In this document: piece by piece, positions 32,894 to 43,632 of the stretch
How positions within the stretch are numbered: position 1 is the stretch's first letter
Layout of the letters: every line of letters starts with the position of its first letter
Assembly (NCBI GenBank): GCA_049607155.1
Contig: JBMYWG010000005.1
Span: forward strand, 6,157-70,156
Direction: 5' to 3'
From: Psychrobium sp.
Lineage (GTDB): Bacteria > Pseudomonadota > Gammaproteobacteria > Enterobacterales > Psychrobiaceae
DNA: 64,000 nt
The notes under the pieces: model-generated
Databases searched by the model: none
What the model saw: only the letters and a program-made list of their open reading frames with translations
Told to the model about the DNA's origin: nothing
Made by a program: the position numbers and the translations under genes

Positions 32894-33976
32894 CTAGTTG
32901 TCAAACAAAGCTAGTTGGGGTATCCCCATTAAGACATCTGTAACTGGCTCCTGCTCTTCCCTTACGCCTACGTTGATACCCACTAATCGAATTGCTCTGC
33001 CGTCACTGCGCTCAAATGCTTCTTTGAGCAAGCTCCGATAAAGGGATTCGTCATATTCATCGACAGACTGTTCTACAGTCGTGGACTGGAAGTCATTAAA
33101 TTTAATTTTGACACCTTGTTTGTGAATTGGCATTTGTTTAGTGCGTTGATATCGCTCTGTGAGCATCAATAGCAAACGCTCAAGCTCGCCTAAACATTGC
33201 TCGAAGGTCGTTATGTCATGTGGCAAGGTGCGCTCAACACCAACTGACTTTCTAATACGGTTGTTTTTCACGGGACTATCGTCAAGGCCATAACATCGCC
33301 GCAAAAGCACATCAGCCAATTTACCAAAATGGCGGTGTAAAAACTCAGGATCTGCTCTACGCACATCCTCACCGTAGATCAGGCCGTAATTCTCTAATTT
33401 ATTTGCTGTTACTTTGCCAATACCACTGATTTTTTTCAGTGCTAATTGACGGCTAAAGTCATCAACATCACTTGGCGGAATGACATATTGACCATTAGGT
33501 TTATTAAGATCAGATGCTATTTTAGCTAAGAATTTATTAGGAGCGACGCCGGCAGAGGCTGTGAGCCCCGTCGTATCGAAAATTTCCCGACGAATCCGCT
33601 CGGCAATTAAGCTCGCGCTGCCTTGAAGAGCTTTGCACTCAGAGACATCGAGATAGGCCTCATCTAGTGATAAAGGCTCAACCAACTCGGTATACCGATG
33701 AAATATGGCTTTAATTTGCTGGGAAATTTCAACATAAACATTCATTCTACTGGGCATTAGCACTAGAGCGGGACAAAGTTTGAGTGCCATCGCCGTCGAC
33801 ATTGCGCTTCTCACGCCGAACTCGCGAGCCTTATAATTACAGGTTGAAATCACGCCTCGGCGATCACGAGAACCACCTACAGCCACCGCCTGATTGGCAA
33901 GCGCTGGGTTATCTCGCATTTCGACCGCCGCATAGAAACAATCCATATCGACGTGAATAATTTTTCGCTGGGCCAT
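32894..33976 (-). CDS. dinB: DNA polymerase IV (Y-family)
   Basis: 360 aa beginning RKIIHVDMDCFYAAVEMRD, with SLDEAYLDV. An SOS box lies 20 nt upstream. Confidence 0.94.
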   Translation of the reverse strand: MAQRKIIHVDMDCFYAAVEMRDNPALANQAVAVGGSRDRRGVISTCNYKAREFGVRSAMSTAMALKLCPALVLMPSRMNVYVEISQQIKAIFHRYTELVEPLSLDEAYLDVSECKALQGSASLIAERIRREIFDTTGLTASAGVAPNKFLAKIASDLNKPNGQYVIPPSDVDDFSRQLALKKISGIGKVTANKLENYGLIYGEDVRRADPEFLHRHFGKLADVLLRRCYGLDDSPVKNNRIRKSVGVERTLPHDITTFEQCLGELERLLLMLTERYQRTKQMPIHKQGVKIKFNDFQSTTVEQSVDEYDESLYRSLLKEAFERSDGRAIRLVGINVGVREEQEPVTDVLMGIPQLALFDN

Positions 33977-33994
33977 AATCTATAAGCACAAATA

Positions 33995-34014
33995 AACTGT
34001 ATATAAAAACAGTG
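33995..34014. promoter_or_regulatory. LexA (SOS) box upstream of dinB
   Basis: aaCTGTATATAAAAACAGtg is a perfect CTGT-N8-ACAG match with an AT-rich core. It lies 21-36 nt upstream of the dinB ATG. Confidence 0.85.
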
Positions 34015-34053
34015 TCACATAATACCCTAGATTACCCTAACGGGACAACTGTA

Positions 34054-35700
34054 TTATCCTTGCCCTTTTTGAGATAAATAATGAGACATTAAGCCCCTTG
34101 TCGAGCTGTCGAAACTCTCGTTGATTTGAGCGTCATGCAGTTCAGCTTCTATTTCAGCTGCAAGCCCCTTGCCCAATTCAACTCCCCACTGATCAAATGA
34201 GCAAATCCCCAAAACAATACCTTGCACGAAAATCTTGTGCTCATAAAGCGCAATTAAACTGCCTAAGGTATGGGCGTCTAAACGTTGCAACAAGATTGAA
34301 TTAGTCGGGCGATTGCCTTCGTGAATTTTATGCGGTACTAGCTTATTAATATAATCTTTACTGCGACCTTTAGCCGCTAAATCTGCGCGCACTTGTTCTT
34401 CATTCACACCAGTCATCAAAGCGCGTGTTTGCGCAAAAAAGTTAGCCATTAGCGTTTCGTGATGACCTTGTACAGGTGTCACACTTTCAATTGAACCAAT
34501 AAAGTCTGCGGGCACAATATTGTTACTTTGATGCAGATACTGATAAAAAGCGTGTTGACCATTAATTCCGACGCCACCCCAAATTGTTGGCACGGTTGGA
34601 TAACTTACTTTATGGCCATCAGTAGAAACCGATTTACCGTTAGATTCCATTTCTGCTTGCTGCAGATATGCCGCCAACATATGTAGCGTTTGATCGTAAG
34701 GCAAAATAGCTTGTGACTGGTGACCTAAGAATGTGGTATTCCAAACACTAAGCAGCGCCATGATTGCTGGCATGTTAGATTCGAGGGGTGCCGTTTGGAA
34801 ATGATGATCCATGGCCTTAGCACCAGCGAGCAGCTGCTCAAATTTATCAAAACCTAAATCTAACGCGATTGGTAAACCAATGGCAGACCATAACGAAAAG
34901 CGGCCACCAACCCAATCCCACATCTTAAAAATATTGTCTTCGCTAATGCCAAAATTAAGTGCATTAACACGGTTTGCCGTTACAGCTACAAAGTGTTTCT
35001 TTACTGCTTTTTCATCAAAACTGGCCGACGTTAACCATTTCATTGCCGTTTGCGCGTTGGTCATGGTTTCGGTGGTGGTGAACGTTTTAGATGACACAAT
35101 AAACAGAACTTTTTCGGGATTTAATGGGCGCAGAACCTCAGCAATTTGGGCACCATCGACGTTAGAAACGTAGTGAACACGAACCGTATCGTCACTATCG
35201 TGTTTTAGTGCCTCTGTCACCATCTGCGGGCCAAGATTAGAGCCACCAACACCAATATTTACAATATCGGTAATGCGCTTACCCGAATATCCGAGCCACT
35301 CACCACGATGGAATTCCTCTACAAATACTTTCATACGAGCGAGCTCATCGGCAACCTGTGCAGAAACATCAACCCCATCTACCAGCAAAGGTGTTGAATT
35401 ACCACTGCGCAGTGCAGTGTGTAGCACGGCGCGATTTTCTGTGCTGTTGATTTTTGCCCCAGCGAACATTTTATCGCGCCACTGTGTCACTTCAGTTTGC
35501 TGTGCCAATTCAAAGAGCTTGGCCATGATGTCTTGGGTAACTAAGTTTTTCGAATAATCGAGCAAAATCGACGGCATCTGAATACTAAAGCGTTCAAACC
35601 GCTGGGCATCTTGTTCAAAAAGCGTATTGAGTTGTTGTGTTTTAACGTCACTAGCCAAATTAACTAATTGCTGCCAAACAGATAATTGTGAATGAGTCAT
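34054..35700 (-). CDS. pgi: Glucose-6-phosphate isomerase
   Basis: 548 aa with DYSKN, IGIGGSNLGP-like (NIGVGGSNLGP) and GVNGQHAFYQ-type signatures. Confidence 0.96.
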   Translation of the reverse strand: MTHSQLSVWQQLVNLASDVKTQQLNTLFEQDAQRFERFSIQMPSILLDYSKNLVTQDIMAKLFELAQQTEVTQWRDKMFAGAKINSTENRAVLHTALRSGNSTPLLVDGVDVSAQVADELARMKVFVEEFHRGEWLGYSGKRITDIVNIGVGGSNLGPQMVTEALKHDSDDTVRVHYVSNVDGAQIAEVLRPLNPEKVLFIVSSKTFTTTETMTNAQTAMKWLTSASFDEKAVKKHFVAVTANRVNALNFGISEDNIFKMWDWVGGRFSLWSAIGLPIALDLGFDKFEQLLAGAKAMDHHFQTAPLESNMPAIMALLSVWNTTFLGHQSQAILPYDQTLHMLAAYLQQAEMESNGKSVSTDGHKVSYPTVPTIWGGVGINGQHAFYQYLHQSNNIVPADFIGSIESVTPVQGHHETLMANFFAQTRALMTGVNEEQVRADLAAKGRSKDYINKLVPHKIHEGNRPTNSILLQRLDAHTLGSLIALYEHKIFVQGIVLGICSFDQWGVELGKGLAAEIEAELHDAQINESFDSSTRGLMSHYLSQKGQG

Positions 35701-35874
35701 CTTATTGTTCTATCGTGGATTGTCTAAACTTGTCAGCTACTTTACACAAAACAAATCAAAATGACAACGCTGTCAATTGTAGTAAGATAGTGAAATAAAC
35801 GCTTTGTTTCAATAATCAGTCCGACATCGTTATAAATAGATGCATCATTTCCGATATGAGGTGATAATTAGGCG

Positions 35875-37758
35875 ATGCCCATGCTACTTGAAAATGTAGG
35901 TTTCAGAGTGGCGTGGGTATATATGGAACAACGGCTGCAATTTGTGGTCGTTATAGCACTAGCAGCAGTGTATCGCTGTAATGGAATTAACTTAGGTAGG
36001 TTGAGATTGAGAGCTTTTTATTGCGCTTTATTCGTGGGATTCGGAATTCTGTACCACACAGTAGCTCACGCGCAAACAGTAAAATACAACATAATCTCAA
36101 GTGACGACTCACTGCGCAGCGAAGTTAAGAAAAACGTTGCGCTTTACCTTGAAGATTTTTCATCGCCAAATCGCGACAATCTAGCCTACTGGAAAAAACA
36201 ATTACATCGCCAAGTGAATCAAGCGGTGCAGGCATTAGGTTATTACAATAGTAAAGTCAATTTAACTATCGACAAAAATGGCGACTCGCCAACCATCACC
36301 GTCGATATTGCAATGGGCTATCCAGTCGTCATCACCCATTCTAATTATCGCGTTATTGGCAGTGGCGCAAGTTTTGAGTCCTTTGTCGCGCAGCGAAATA
36401 GCTACCCACTAGTTGTTGGCTCTAAACTCGATCACGGCAGTTATCAAACGACTAAATCTTCCATGATGGACATCGCTCGCGCTTATGGTTTTTTCGATGC
36501 CAAATGGATCAAGCACAGCGTCAAGGTTGATATAAAAACGCAAACGGCATCAATTGATTTAGTATTTGATACTGGTGAGCGTTATCACTTTGGTGCTATT
36601 GTCATTGATGGAAGCCATGCCAGCAATGATATCGTTCGCGCGATGGCATCATTTAAACAAGGCGATGCCTATACCAACGCAGCCGTTGCCAACTATAATA
36701 TTTCATTAAATCAAAGCCGTTACTTTACTAGTGTTCAGGCTATCCCTGCCCTACCAAATGGTTTGGATAAGTCGATCGATATCAAAGTAACCGCCGTGCA
36801 TCGACCGCGCAATATTGTCGAAGTGAGTGCGGGTGTCACTTCTGAACTTGGTGAGCGTGGTCGATTGAAATGGGTAAAGCCTTGGATAAATCGTTACGGG
36901 CATAGCTTAGAAAGCGAAATCAAGCTCAATCAACAAGAGCAATCTGTCACCAACAATTATAAAGTGCCCCATGGTGATCCCAATTTAGACTATACCAATT
37001 ACGTGCTAGGTTGGCGCCATACCAGTAATTTTAACGACACCAATAATCGCTATCGCAAATATTCACTGCAATGGCAGCGACATCAGCAAATCAATGAAGA
37101 TTGGAAGCGCATCTTGCTGTTAAAATATGAGCGTGAGAAAGATAATACGCAAACCCAAACACGCAGCCATCTAATCCCCGGCATCAGTTACGTTCGTGAG
37201 CGTCGTGAAGGTGGGATCACGCCGCATTGGGGCGATCGTCAATTTGTATCCGTTGAAGTTTCAGATAAAACATGGGGCTCACAGTCGAGTTTTTACAAAC
37301 TGTCGTTGCGTTCGAACTGGCTTAGACAATACAACGAAACCCACCAGCTCCTACTAAAAATCGAAGCGGGTTACATTAACGCCGATGATATTAGTGAAGT
37401 GCCCATTTCGATGCGCTACTTCGCCGGTGGCGATAACAATCTGCGGGCGTATAAATTTAACAGTGTGTCGCCACTAGATAGTGACGATAAAGCTCGTGGT
37501 GCCCTCACTCAACTATTAAGTACTATAGAATACAGTTATCCCATTAAGGACAAATGGCGCCTGGCTGTATTTCACGATGCCGGTACCATTGGTGATAAAT
37601 TCTTTGAAGAAAACTATAGCGACGCAGGCATAGGTGTTCGTTGGGAAACTCCCGTAGGATTGGTTCGTTTGGATTTTGCTAAAGGATTACAAGGCAGTGA
37701 CATTAAACGATTCGACCGCCCATTCAACATTAGCTTTGCAATAGGTCTGGATTTGTAA
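35875..37758 (+). CDS. tamA: Omp85-family outer-membrane protein, TamA-like (translocation and assembly module)
   Basis: POTRA-like N-terminal region plus a C-terminal Bac_surface_Ag barrel (..GIGVRWETPVGLVRLDFA..). It abuts the tamB-like gene (TAATG junction at 37756-37760). The true start is probably internal: ATG 35923, or TTG 36001 just before the signal-like segment LRAFYCALFVGFGILYHTVAHA. Confidence 0.8.
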   Translation: MPMLLENVGFRVAWVYMEQRLQFVVVIALAAVYRCNGINLGRLRLRAFYCALFVGFGILYHTVAHAQTVKYNIISSDDSLRSEVKKNVALYLEDFSSPNRDNLAYWKKQLHRQVNQAVQALGYYNSKVNLTIDKNGDSPTITVDIAMGYPVVITHSNYRVIGSGASFESFVAQRNSYPLVVGSKLDHGSYQTTKSSMMDIARAYGFFDAKWIKHSVKVDIKTQTASIDLVFDTGERYHFGAIVIDGSHASNDIVRAMASFKQGDAYTNAAVANYNISLNQSRYFTSVQAIPALPNGLDKSIDIKVTAVHRPRNIVEVSAGVTSELGERGRLKWVKPWINRYGHSLESEIKLNQQEQSVTNNYKVPHGDPNLDYTNYVLGWRHTSNFNDTNNRYRKYSLQWQRHQQINEDWKRILLLKYEREKDNTQTQTRSHLIPGISYVRERREGGITPHWGDRQFVSVEVSDKTWGSQSSFYKLSLRSNWLRQYNETHQLLLKIEAGYINADDISEVPISMRYFAGGDNNLRAYKFNSVSPLDSDDKARGALTQLLSTIEYSYPIKDKWRLAVFHDAGTIGDKFFEENYSDAGIGVRWETPVGLVRLDFAKGLQGSDIKRFDRPFNISFAIGLDL

Positions 37759-40700
37759 TGAAAAGCCTGAAGTCATCCTCCATCACCAAAAAATCATCGT
37801 TTGGATTAGTCGTTGCAATTTTGTTAGTGCTATTTGTTCTATTGACGCCGTGGGGAAATCGCGTCGCGTTGCAAATCACGCAGCAGCTAATGCCAAATTT
37901 GAAAGTAGAATTAAGCTCGGGCAGTTTACTACTTTCGCCTCGTATAGAACGCCTGTCATTCGAGAATGCTCAAATTAGCCTAACAGCAGATAACTTAGCG
38001 ATTGATTGGCAATGGCGCTGTGTTTGGCATTCAGAGTTATGCGTGACTAACGCCAATATTGCCAAGCTCACATTGGACATAAAAGATGAGAGTAATGATG
38101 ACGCAACAGCACTTAAGAGCGCCAGCAAAAAATCCATCACCATTGATACCCATACTCCCTGGCCACTCATCATTGAGGAATTTACGGCTCAGCAGCTCAT
38201 CGTTTCTTCAAAACAAGCAACAGTCGAGGTGCAACAGACAAAGTTTAGCGGCAGTTGGCGGGCTAGAGACATTGCAATAAATCATCTCGCCGTAGCTGAT
38301 GCTAAGATAGTGCTTAGTTCAGATGCACAGACTGCTAATCATCAAGTTCAAAACAATGAAGAGCAATATTTCTCAGCTGATTCTATAGCTAAGCTACAGA
38401 CCGCGTGGCGCAACATATCATGGCCAATAATTCTTAGCCAAACACAAATAAAATCCTTTGCTGTGGCCACTGCAGAACTGCGCTCACAAGATGGTAAACT
38501 AGCCCATAACGCGAAAGATATCCTTGTTAGCGCTAGCCTTAACAATCAAGCGATAAATAACCTCACTGTCTCAGCGCTTATCGATAATTTCCCGGTTGAG
38601 CTTGCAATGAAAGGCCAATTAACGCCACAATTTCCTATCGATTTATCCCTTAGCGGTGCTCACAACTTTTCGCCACTAGGCGCTCAACGGACAGCTCTTA
38701 CTTTAAGAGGTGACAGCAGTTCGATCGCACTAAAGTTAACAACGCAAGGTAAGCTTAACGCGACATTATCAGGTAGCGCCTCACCACTTAATGACAATCT
38801 ACCTATCAGTCTCGGTTTGACGTGGCAGCCGATTGATATTTATCAGCAAGAAATTGCAGAGGGATCACTTAAGTTTGACGGCACGCTAAGTGACTATCAA
38901 CTGACCTTAGATACCCAACTTAAAAATGAGCATTTACCATTATCAAGCATCGACCTAGCAGCACATGGTAATTTAAATGCGTTTTCTGACATCGATTTGG
39001 TGCTAAAAAACGATCTAGGAAAAGTGCACAGCTCTGGCGACTTTCGCTGGCGAGATCCAAACGGGACTCGCATTCAAAGCAGCGGTAAATTGACATTTGA
39101 TTCACTAAAACTTTCATCGATAATCGAAAAATTGCCTGCAACTATCAATGGTGACATCAGTTATGGTGTTGCGCTAAAAGATGAACAATGGCTGCTTACT
39201 ATTTCACAACTCGGATTAAACGGTAATGCGCTAGAGAGACCTTTCAATCTTCAAGGCGTTGTAGACGCTAGATACAACGCAAAAGATCAAAGCAATCCAT
39301 TTGGGCAGTGGTCCATAGAGATGTTGTCGCTGCGACACGGAATAAATGAGCTGACATTAAATGGTCAAATCAATACTAAATCAGCACTTGATGCCAAAAT
39401 TGCCATTGCAGATCTTGGGCAATCTTTGCCATTTATGCGCGGAGCCAAACCCACCAGTATCACTGGAACTATAAATGCTACTGGTCCTATTGATGCTATA
39501 GGTGTCATCGCTAATTTATCCGGTAATCACATTAGCTACCCCGAATATGCCATAGATTTAGGCGCAATATCTGTAAATGCTAAGACCAAGATTTCACCGC
39601 AGGGCATTAGTGAAAGTGCCAATTCACACATTGACGTGAGCATTAACCAAGCAAGTTACAGCGATGTATTAACCGATGCAGCGGTGTCGTTATCACTCGT
39701 GGGTGATGCAAAACAACACCAACTCAGCGCAAACATAACATCCAATCTCATCTCAGGAACACTGGGATTATCGGGAAGTCTTGAAAACACAAACTGGACC
39801 AGCGAGCTAACCTCAACAGTACTCAACTACCAGCAATCAACCATTGCCTTAGCCTCACCAGCCAAAGTTGCAATTGATCTAAAAAACAAAGACATTGACT
39901 TAAGTAAGCACTGCTGGCGCACAAAACTAAATCATAATCAAATGCGATTTAGCGAACTTTGCTTGGCATCGCCTTTTGAAATCAATACCACGAGCATGCG
40001 CTCAAACCTCGCGACGGTGAATGTGACGGGCTTAGATATGCAAGATTTTCAGGCATACCTGCCAAAGCAGCATCAAGTTACAGGACCTATTACTGGCAAC
40101 CTGACCTTTCAATCTTTTAACCCCCAAGCACTTAGTTTGGCAACTCAGCTAGTCTGGCAAGATGGCACTGTAACAAGTGACGTCAATAACAACTTAGTCA
40201 CCCACCACATTGACTCTTTGCATATTAACAGTGCGGTTAACCGTACCTTAGCCAACGTTATTTTACGGTTGTCTTCGCCAACCTTAGGTAAAGTCGACGC
40301 CAGTATGCTAAGTAACGTTTTTGAGGAATCCCCTTTTATCAGTGGCCACTTAAATAGCCAAGGCTTACAACTCGCTCCCTACAAACCTTTTTTACGCTAT
40401 GTGTCAGAATTAGAAGGTGAATTAAGCGTTAGTGCTGGTTTCACCATAGATAGCAAAGCACAGCAAATTTTCGGTAGCCTCTCGTCTAATGACATTAAAA
40501 TTGCCAGTGACAAATTGCCAAACACCATCGATGATTTAAATACCAATGTAGTTTTTAATGGCACTAAAGCCTCGCTAACCAGTCAATTTAAACTGGTGCA
40601 AGGTCATGGCGATATTAGCGGCTTGTTAGATTGGAGCCAAACACCTAAAGCAGATCTCACAATAAAAGGTCAAGCACTTAACGTGATGCCACAAAATGGC

Positions 40701-41594
40701 GTTGATATAACCTTTAGCCCCTCGATTAATGTTGAACTGACACCGACACTCGCCAAAATTCGTGGTGTTCTTGCCATCGATGAAGCGAACATAGTGCTGG
40801 AATCACTGCCAGAATCAGCGGTTGCCATTTCACCAGATGTCACAGTGATCTCGCAAGAAAAAGAAAGTTCAGCGATGCTGATTGACCTAGATGTAAAAAC
40901 CCAATTGGGCGATAAATTACATCTTAACGCCTTTGGTCTCGATTCTTTGGTTGGCGGAGAGCTCACTCTAAAACAAGACGCTCAACTTCCCTTGAGTGCC
41001 TATGGAGAGCTTGGCTTGTCGGAAGCGACCTACCAAGCATTTGGCCAGCGGCTGTTAATTGAGCAAGGGCAAATTATATTTACTGGCTCAGTCAACAATC
41101 CAGTTATCAATATTAAAGCCATCCGCGATCCCGTTGATACGAATGATGGGGTTATTGCAGGAGTCTATGTTAACGGTGATGTTAATCAGCCAGCATTAAC
41201 CATCTTTTCAGAGCCTGCCCTAGAGCAACAACAGGCGATTTCCTATTTATTACGTGGATATGGCCTCGGAAGTGATAGCAATTATGGTCAGAATTTAGCA
41301 ATCGCCATGCTAGTAAATAGTGGACTAGGTGGCGCTAGTAAAGCGGTCAATGCCATCGGTGATGCTGTGGGCATCGATAACCTCAATGTCACCACCTCAG
41401 GCAGCGGCGATCAAACAAGGTTAGAATTTAGTGGCTATATCGGCCCCAAGCTACAACTGCGCTATGGTGTCGGTGTATTCGATGCCCTGCCAGAAGTCGG
41501 CCTGCGTTATCAAGTTAATCGCAGGCTGTTCGTTGAATTTATCAATAACACTGACCAAGCACTGGATTTACTCTATCAATTTTCATTTGATTAG
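37758..41594 (+). CDS. tamB: TamB-like inner-membrane-anchored translocation and assembly module protein
   Basis: 1278 aa with a single N-terminal TM anchor and a long beta-rich repetitive body. The C-terminal DUF490-like end is (..LQLRYGVGVFD..LRYQVNRRLFVEF..LLYQFSFD). Confidence 0.8.
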   Translation: MKSLKSSSITKKSSFGLVVAILLVLFVLLTPWGNRVALQITQQLMPNLKVELSSGSLLLSPRIERLSFENAQISLTADNLAIDWQWRCVWHSELCVTNANIAKLTLDIKDESNDDATALKSASKKSITIDTHTPWPLIIEEFTAQQLIVSSKQATVEVQQTKFSGSWRARDIAINHLAVADAKIVLSSDAQTANHQVQNNEEQYFSADSIAKLQTAWRNISWPIILSQTQIKSFAVATAELRSQDGKLAHNAKDILVSASLNNQAINNLTVSALIDNFPVELAMKGQLTPQFPIDLSLSGAHNFSPLGAQRTALTLRGDSSSIALKLTTQGKLNATLSGSASPLNDNLPISLGLTWQPIDIYQQEIAEGSLKFDGTLSDYQLTLDTQLKNEHLPLSSIDLAAHGNLNAFSDIDLVLKNDLGKVHSSGDFRWRDPNGTRIQSSGKLTFDSLKLSSIIEKLPATINGDISYGVALKDEQWLLTISQLGLNGNALERPFNLQGVVDARYNAKDQSNPFGQWSIEMLSLRHGINELTLNGQINTKSALDAKIAIADLGQSLPFMRGAKPTSITGTINATGPIDAIGVIANLSGNHISYPEYAIDLGAISVNAKTKISPQGISESANSHIDVSINQASYSDVLTDAAVSLSLVGDAKQHQLSANITSNLISGTLGLSGSLENTNWTSELTSTVLNYQQSTIALASPAKVAIDLKNKDIDLSKHCWRTKLNHNQMRFSELCLASPFEINTTSMRSNLATVNVTGLDMQDFQAYLPKQHQVTGPITGNLTFQSFNPQALSLATQLVWQDGTVTSDVNNNLVTHHIDSLHINSAVNRTLANVILRLSSPTLGKVDASMLSNVFEESPFISGHLNSQGLQLAPYKPFLRYVSELEGELSVSAGFTIDSKAQQIFGSLSSNDIKIASDKLPNTIDDLNTNVVFNGTKASLTSQFKLVQGHGDISGLLDWSQTPKADLTIKGQALNVMPQNGVDITFSPSINVELTPTLAKIRGVLAIDEANIVLESLPESAVAISPDVTVISQEKESSAMLIDLDVKTQLGDKLHLNAFGLDSLVGGELTLKQDAQLPLSAYGELGLSEATYQAFGQRLLIEQGQIIFTGSVNNPVINIKAIRDPVDTNDGVIAGVYVNGDVNQPALTIFSEPALEQQQAISYLLRGYGLGSDSNYGQNLAIAMLVNSGLGGASKAVNAIGDAVGIDNLNVTTSGSGDQTRLEFSGYIGPKLQLRYGVGVFDALPEVGLRYQVNRRLFVEFINNTDQALDLLYQFSFD

Positions 41595-43540
41595 CGCTTT
41601 GGTGATGTAGTTTTTCGTACGCTTGCTTTACGGGTATTTGAGTTTTTACCTCGGTAACTGCGCCGTTTCTTAAACTGTTTGGCCGGTTTACCTTTATCTA
41701 AGCCCAAAAAAGCATCAAGCGGCGTATGCTTGGCTTGGTTCATTAACTGCTCTAAGTCCGCCAAAAGTGGCTGCATAAACCCGTTATAACCAAGCTGCTT
41801 TTGGGAGATATCATTGAGTTTAGCTTCCCATAACGCCGTCATATCAGGAGTTGTTGCAGATTGCGGCAAAGCTTTAATTAACGCTTTGCCATTATTCGTA
41901 GCGTGAATTGATTTATTATTACGCGTTAGAAATCCGCGTTTAAATAACAATTCAATAATACTGGCTCTTGTGGCTTCAGTGCCTAAACCATCCGTTTCTT
42001 TAAGTACTTTTTTAATCGCAGAATCTTTGACGTATCGCGCAATCCCCGTCATAGCAGCCAATAGGGTTGCATCAGAGAAAGGCTTAGGCGGTTGGGTCAT
42101 TTTATCGATGACTTGCGACGATTGACAATTAAGCGGCTGTCCAACGTTTAACGGAGGCAAGATTACATCTTCACTCTTGTGTTTAAAAAGTGCCTTCCAG
42201 CCCATGGTATCAATCAATTTAGCTTTTGCACTAAATTCACCACCCGCGATGTCAATAACTACCTTCATTTCACTATAATGATGAACAGGGTAAAACTGCG
42301 CTAAATATTGGCGCGCGATCAAAGAATATACGTTGGCCTCTGTGCCCGATAAGCTCGCTGACTTTAATTGCTTCATTGTTGGAATAATCGCGTGGTGAGC
42401 ATCAACTTTACTATCATCCCACGCTTTAGACTTTATCGATGTATCACAACCGTTGGCAGCTATCGCTAATGAACTATCGTTATTCGCGATAGCGGCGATT
42501 ACCTTAGCACCTTCACGAAAGTGCTCCTTTGGAAGGTATCGATTATCAGATCGCGGATAGGTAATTAACTTGTGCTTTTCATACAGCGCCTGACAACAAT
42601 CTAACACCTGTTTCGCTGACAAATTAAAACGCTTAGCGGCGTCAATTTGTAACGCCGATAAATTATAGGGCAGCGGCTGATTTAAACGTTTGTTCTGCTT
42701 ATCGACACTCTTCACAACCGCAGGCTGACCGTTTGTTCGCGCCACTACATTTTCCGCGAGCTTGCGATAAATAACTCGCCCCTCATCATCCTGATACTTT
42801 TCACAAGCGTCGCTGGGGATCCATTTGGCATCAAAAGATTCAGTAGCTTGTGTCGTTAGCGTTGCCACTACCTCATAGAAAGGCTTAGCGACAAAATGCT
42901 CAATTTCTTCATCCCGTGCCACCACCAGACCAAGCACAGGTGTTTGCACGCGACCAACCGATAATACGCCCTGATAGCCAGCGCGCTGACCAAGTACCGT
43001 ATAAGCACGGGTCATATTCATGCCATATAACCAATCTGCTCTTGAGCGTGCTAATGCCGAAGCCGATAAGGGCTTAAATTCTTCGTTTGCTCGTAAGTTG
43101 GCTAGAGATTTCCTAACGGCTGTTAAGTTGAGATCACTGACTAACAATCGTTTGGTCTGTGCTAGCTTTGTGCCCTGTACACCGCAATAGTGAATAACTT
43201 CATCCACTAATAACTGCCCTTCGCGATCAGGATCCCCGGCATTAACCAACACGCTAGCTTGCTTTATTAACTTGCGCAGTACGCCAATTTGTTTTTTGGT
43301 TTTAGGCTTAGGAATAAGCTGCCACTGCTGTGGCGAAATAGGTAAATACTCTAACGACCACTTTTTATAACGCTCGTCATAATATTCAGGTGTCGCTTGC
43401 TCTAACAAATGGCCTATACACCACGACACGACATCACCGTTAGGCAAACTGATATAACCATCGTGTTTTGTTTGTGAAGAAGAAAGCCCATTAGCAATGG
43501 CACGAGCAAGACTCGGTTTTTCGGCGATGTACAGATGCAT
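41591..43540 (-). CDS. topB: DNA topoisomerase III
   Basis: 649 aa, near-colinear with E. coli TopB: MHLYIAEKPSLARAIA, CIGHLLEQA, GDPDREGQLLVDEV, GVLSVGRVQTPVLGLVV. It also has a basic C-terminal tail. Confidence 0.92.
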   Translation of the reverse strand: MHLYIAEKPSLARAIANGLSSSQTKHDGYISLPNGDVVSWCIGHLLEQATPEYYDERYKKWSLEYLPISPQQWQLIPKPKTKKQIGVLRKLIKQASVLVNAGDPDREGQLLVDEVIHYCGVQGTKLAQTKRLLVSDLNLTAVRKSLANLRANEEFKPLSASALARSRADWLYGMNMTRAYTVLGQRAGYQGVLSVGRVQTPVLGLVVARDEEIEHFVAKPFYEVVATLTTQATESFDAKWIPSDACEKYQDDEGRVIYRKLAENVVARTNGQPAVVKSVDKQNKRLNQPLPYNLSALQIDAAKRFNLSAKQVLDCCQALYEKHKLITYPRSDNRYLPKEHFREGAKVIAAIANNDSSLAIAANGCDTSIKSKAWDDSKVDAHHAIIPTMKQLKSASLSGTEANVYSLIARQYLAQFYPVHHYSEMKVVIDIAGGEFSAKAKLIDTMGWKALFKHKSEDVILPPLNVGQPLNCQSSQVIDKMTQPPKPFSDATLLAAMTGIARYVKDSAIKKVLKETDGLGTEATRASIIELLFKRGFLTRNNKSIHATNNGKALIKALPQSATTPDMTALWEAKLNDISQKQLGYNGFMQPLLADLEQLMNQAKHTPLDAFLGLDKGKPAKQFKKRRSYRGKNSNTRKASVRKTTSPKR

Positions 43541-43616
43541 TTATAGATAGATCACACCAATTGAAGCGATGCCATGATATTACACTGGATATAACCTCAG
43601 TACAATTAACAGTTAC

Positions 43617-43632
43617 TTGACATATGTGTCAA
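43617..43632. promoter_or_regulatory. Palindrome TTGACA-TATG-TGTCAA (TGAC-N6-GTCA class)
   Basis: Perfect 6-bp inverted arms in the topB / TonB-receptor intergenic region. Confidence 0.3.

Noticed and set aside
35875-36000. N-terminal 40 or so residues of the tamA ORF (MPMLLENVGFRVAWVY...)
   Set aside because: There is no signal-peptide character until ..LRAFYCALFVGFGILYHTVAHA. This stretch is probably an upstream extension of the ORF call rather than real coding sequence. The alternative starts are ATG 35923 and TTG 36001.
32894-43540. dinB and topB as possible cargo of an integrative/conjugative or plasmid-derived element
   Set aside because: The window has no integrase, relaxase, transfer genes, flanking tRNA or direct repeats. 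The neighbours (pgi, tamAB, pepD) are core genes, and there is no visible compositional break.
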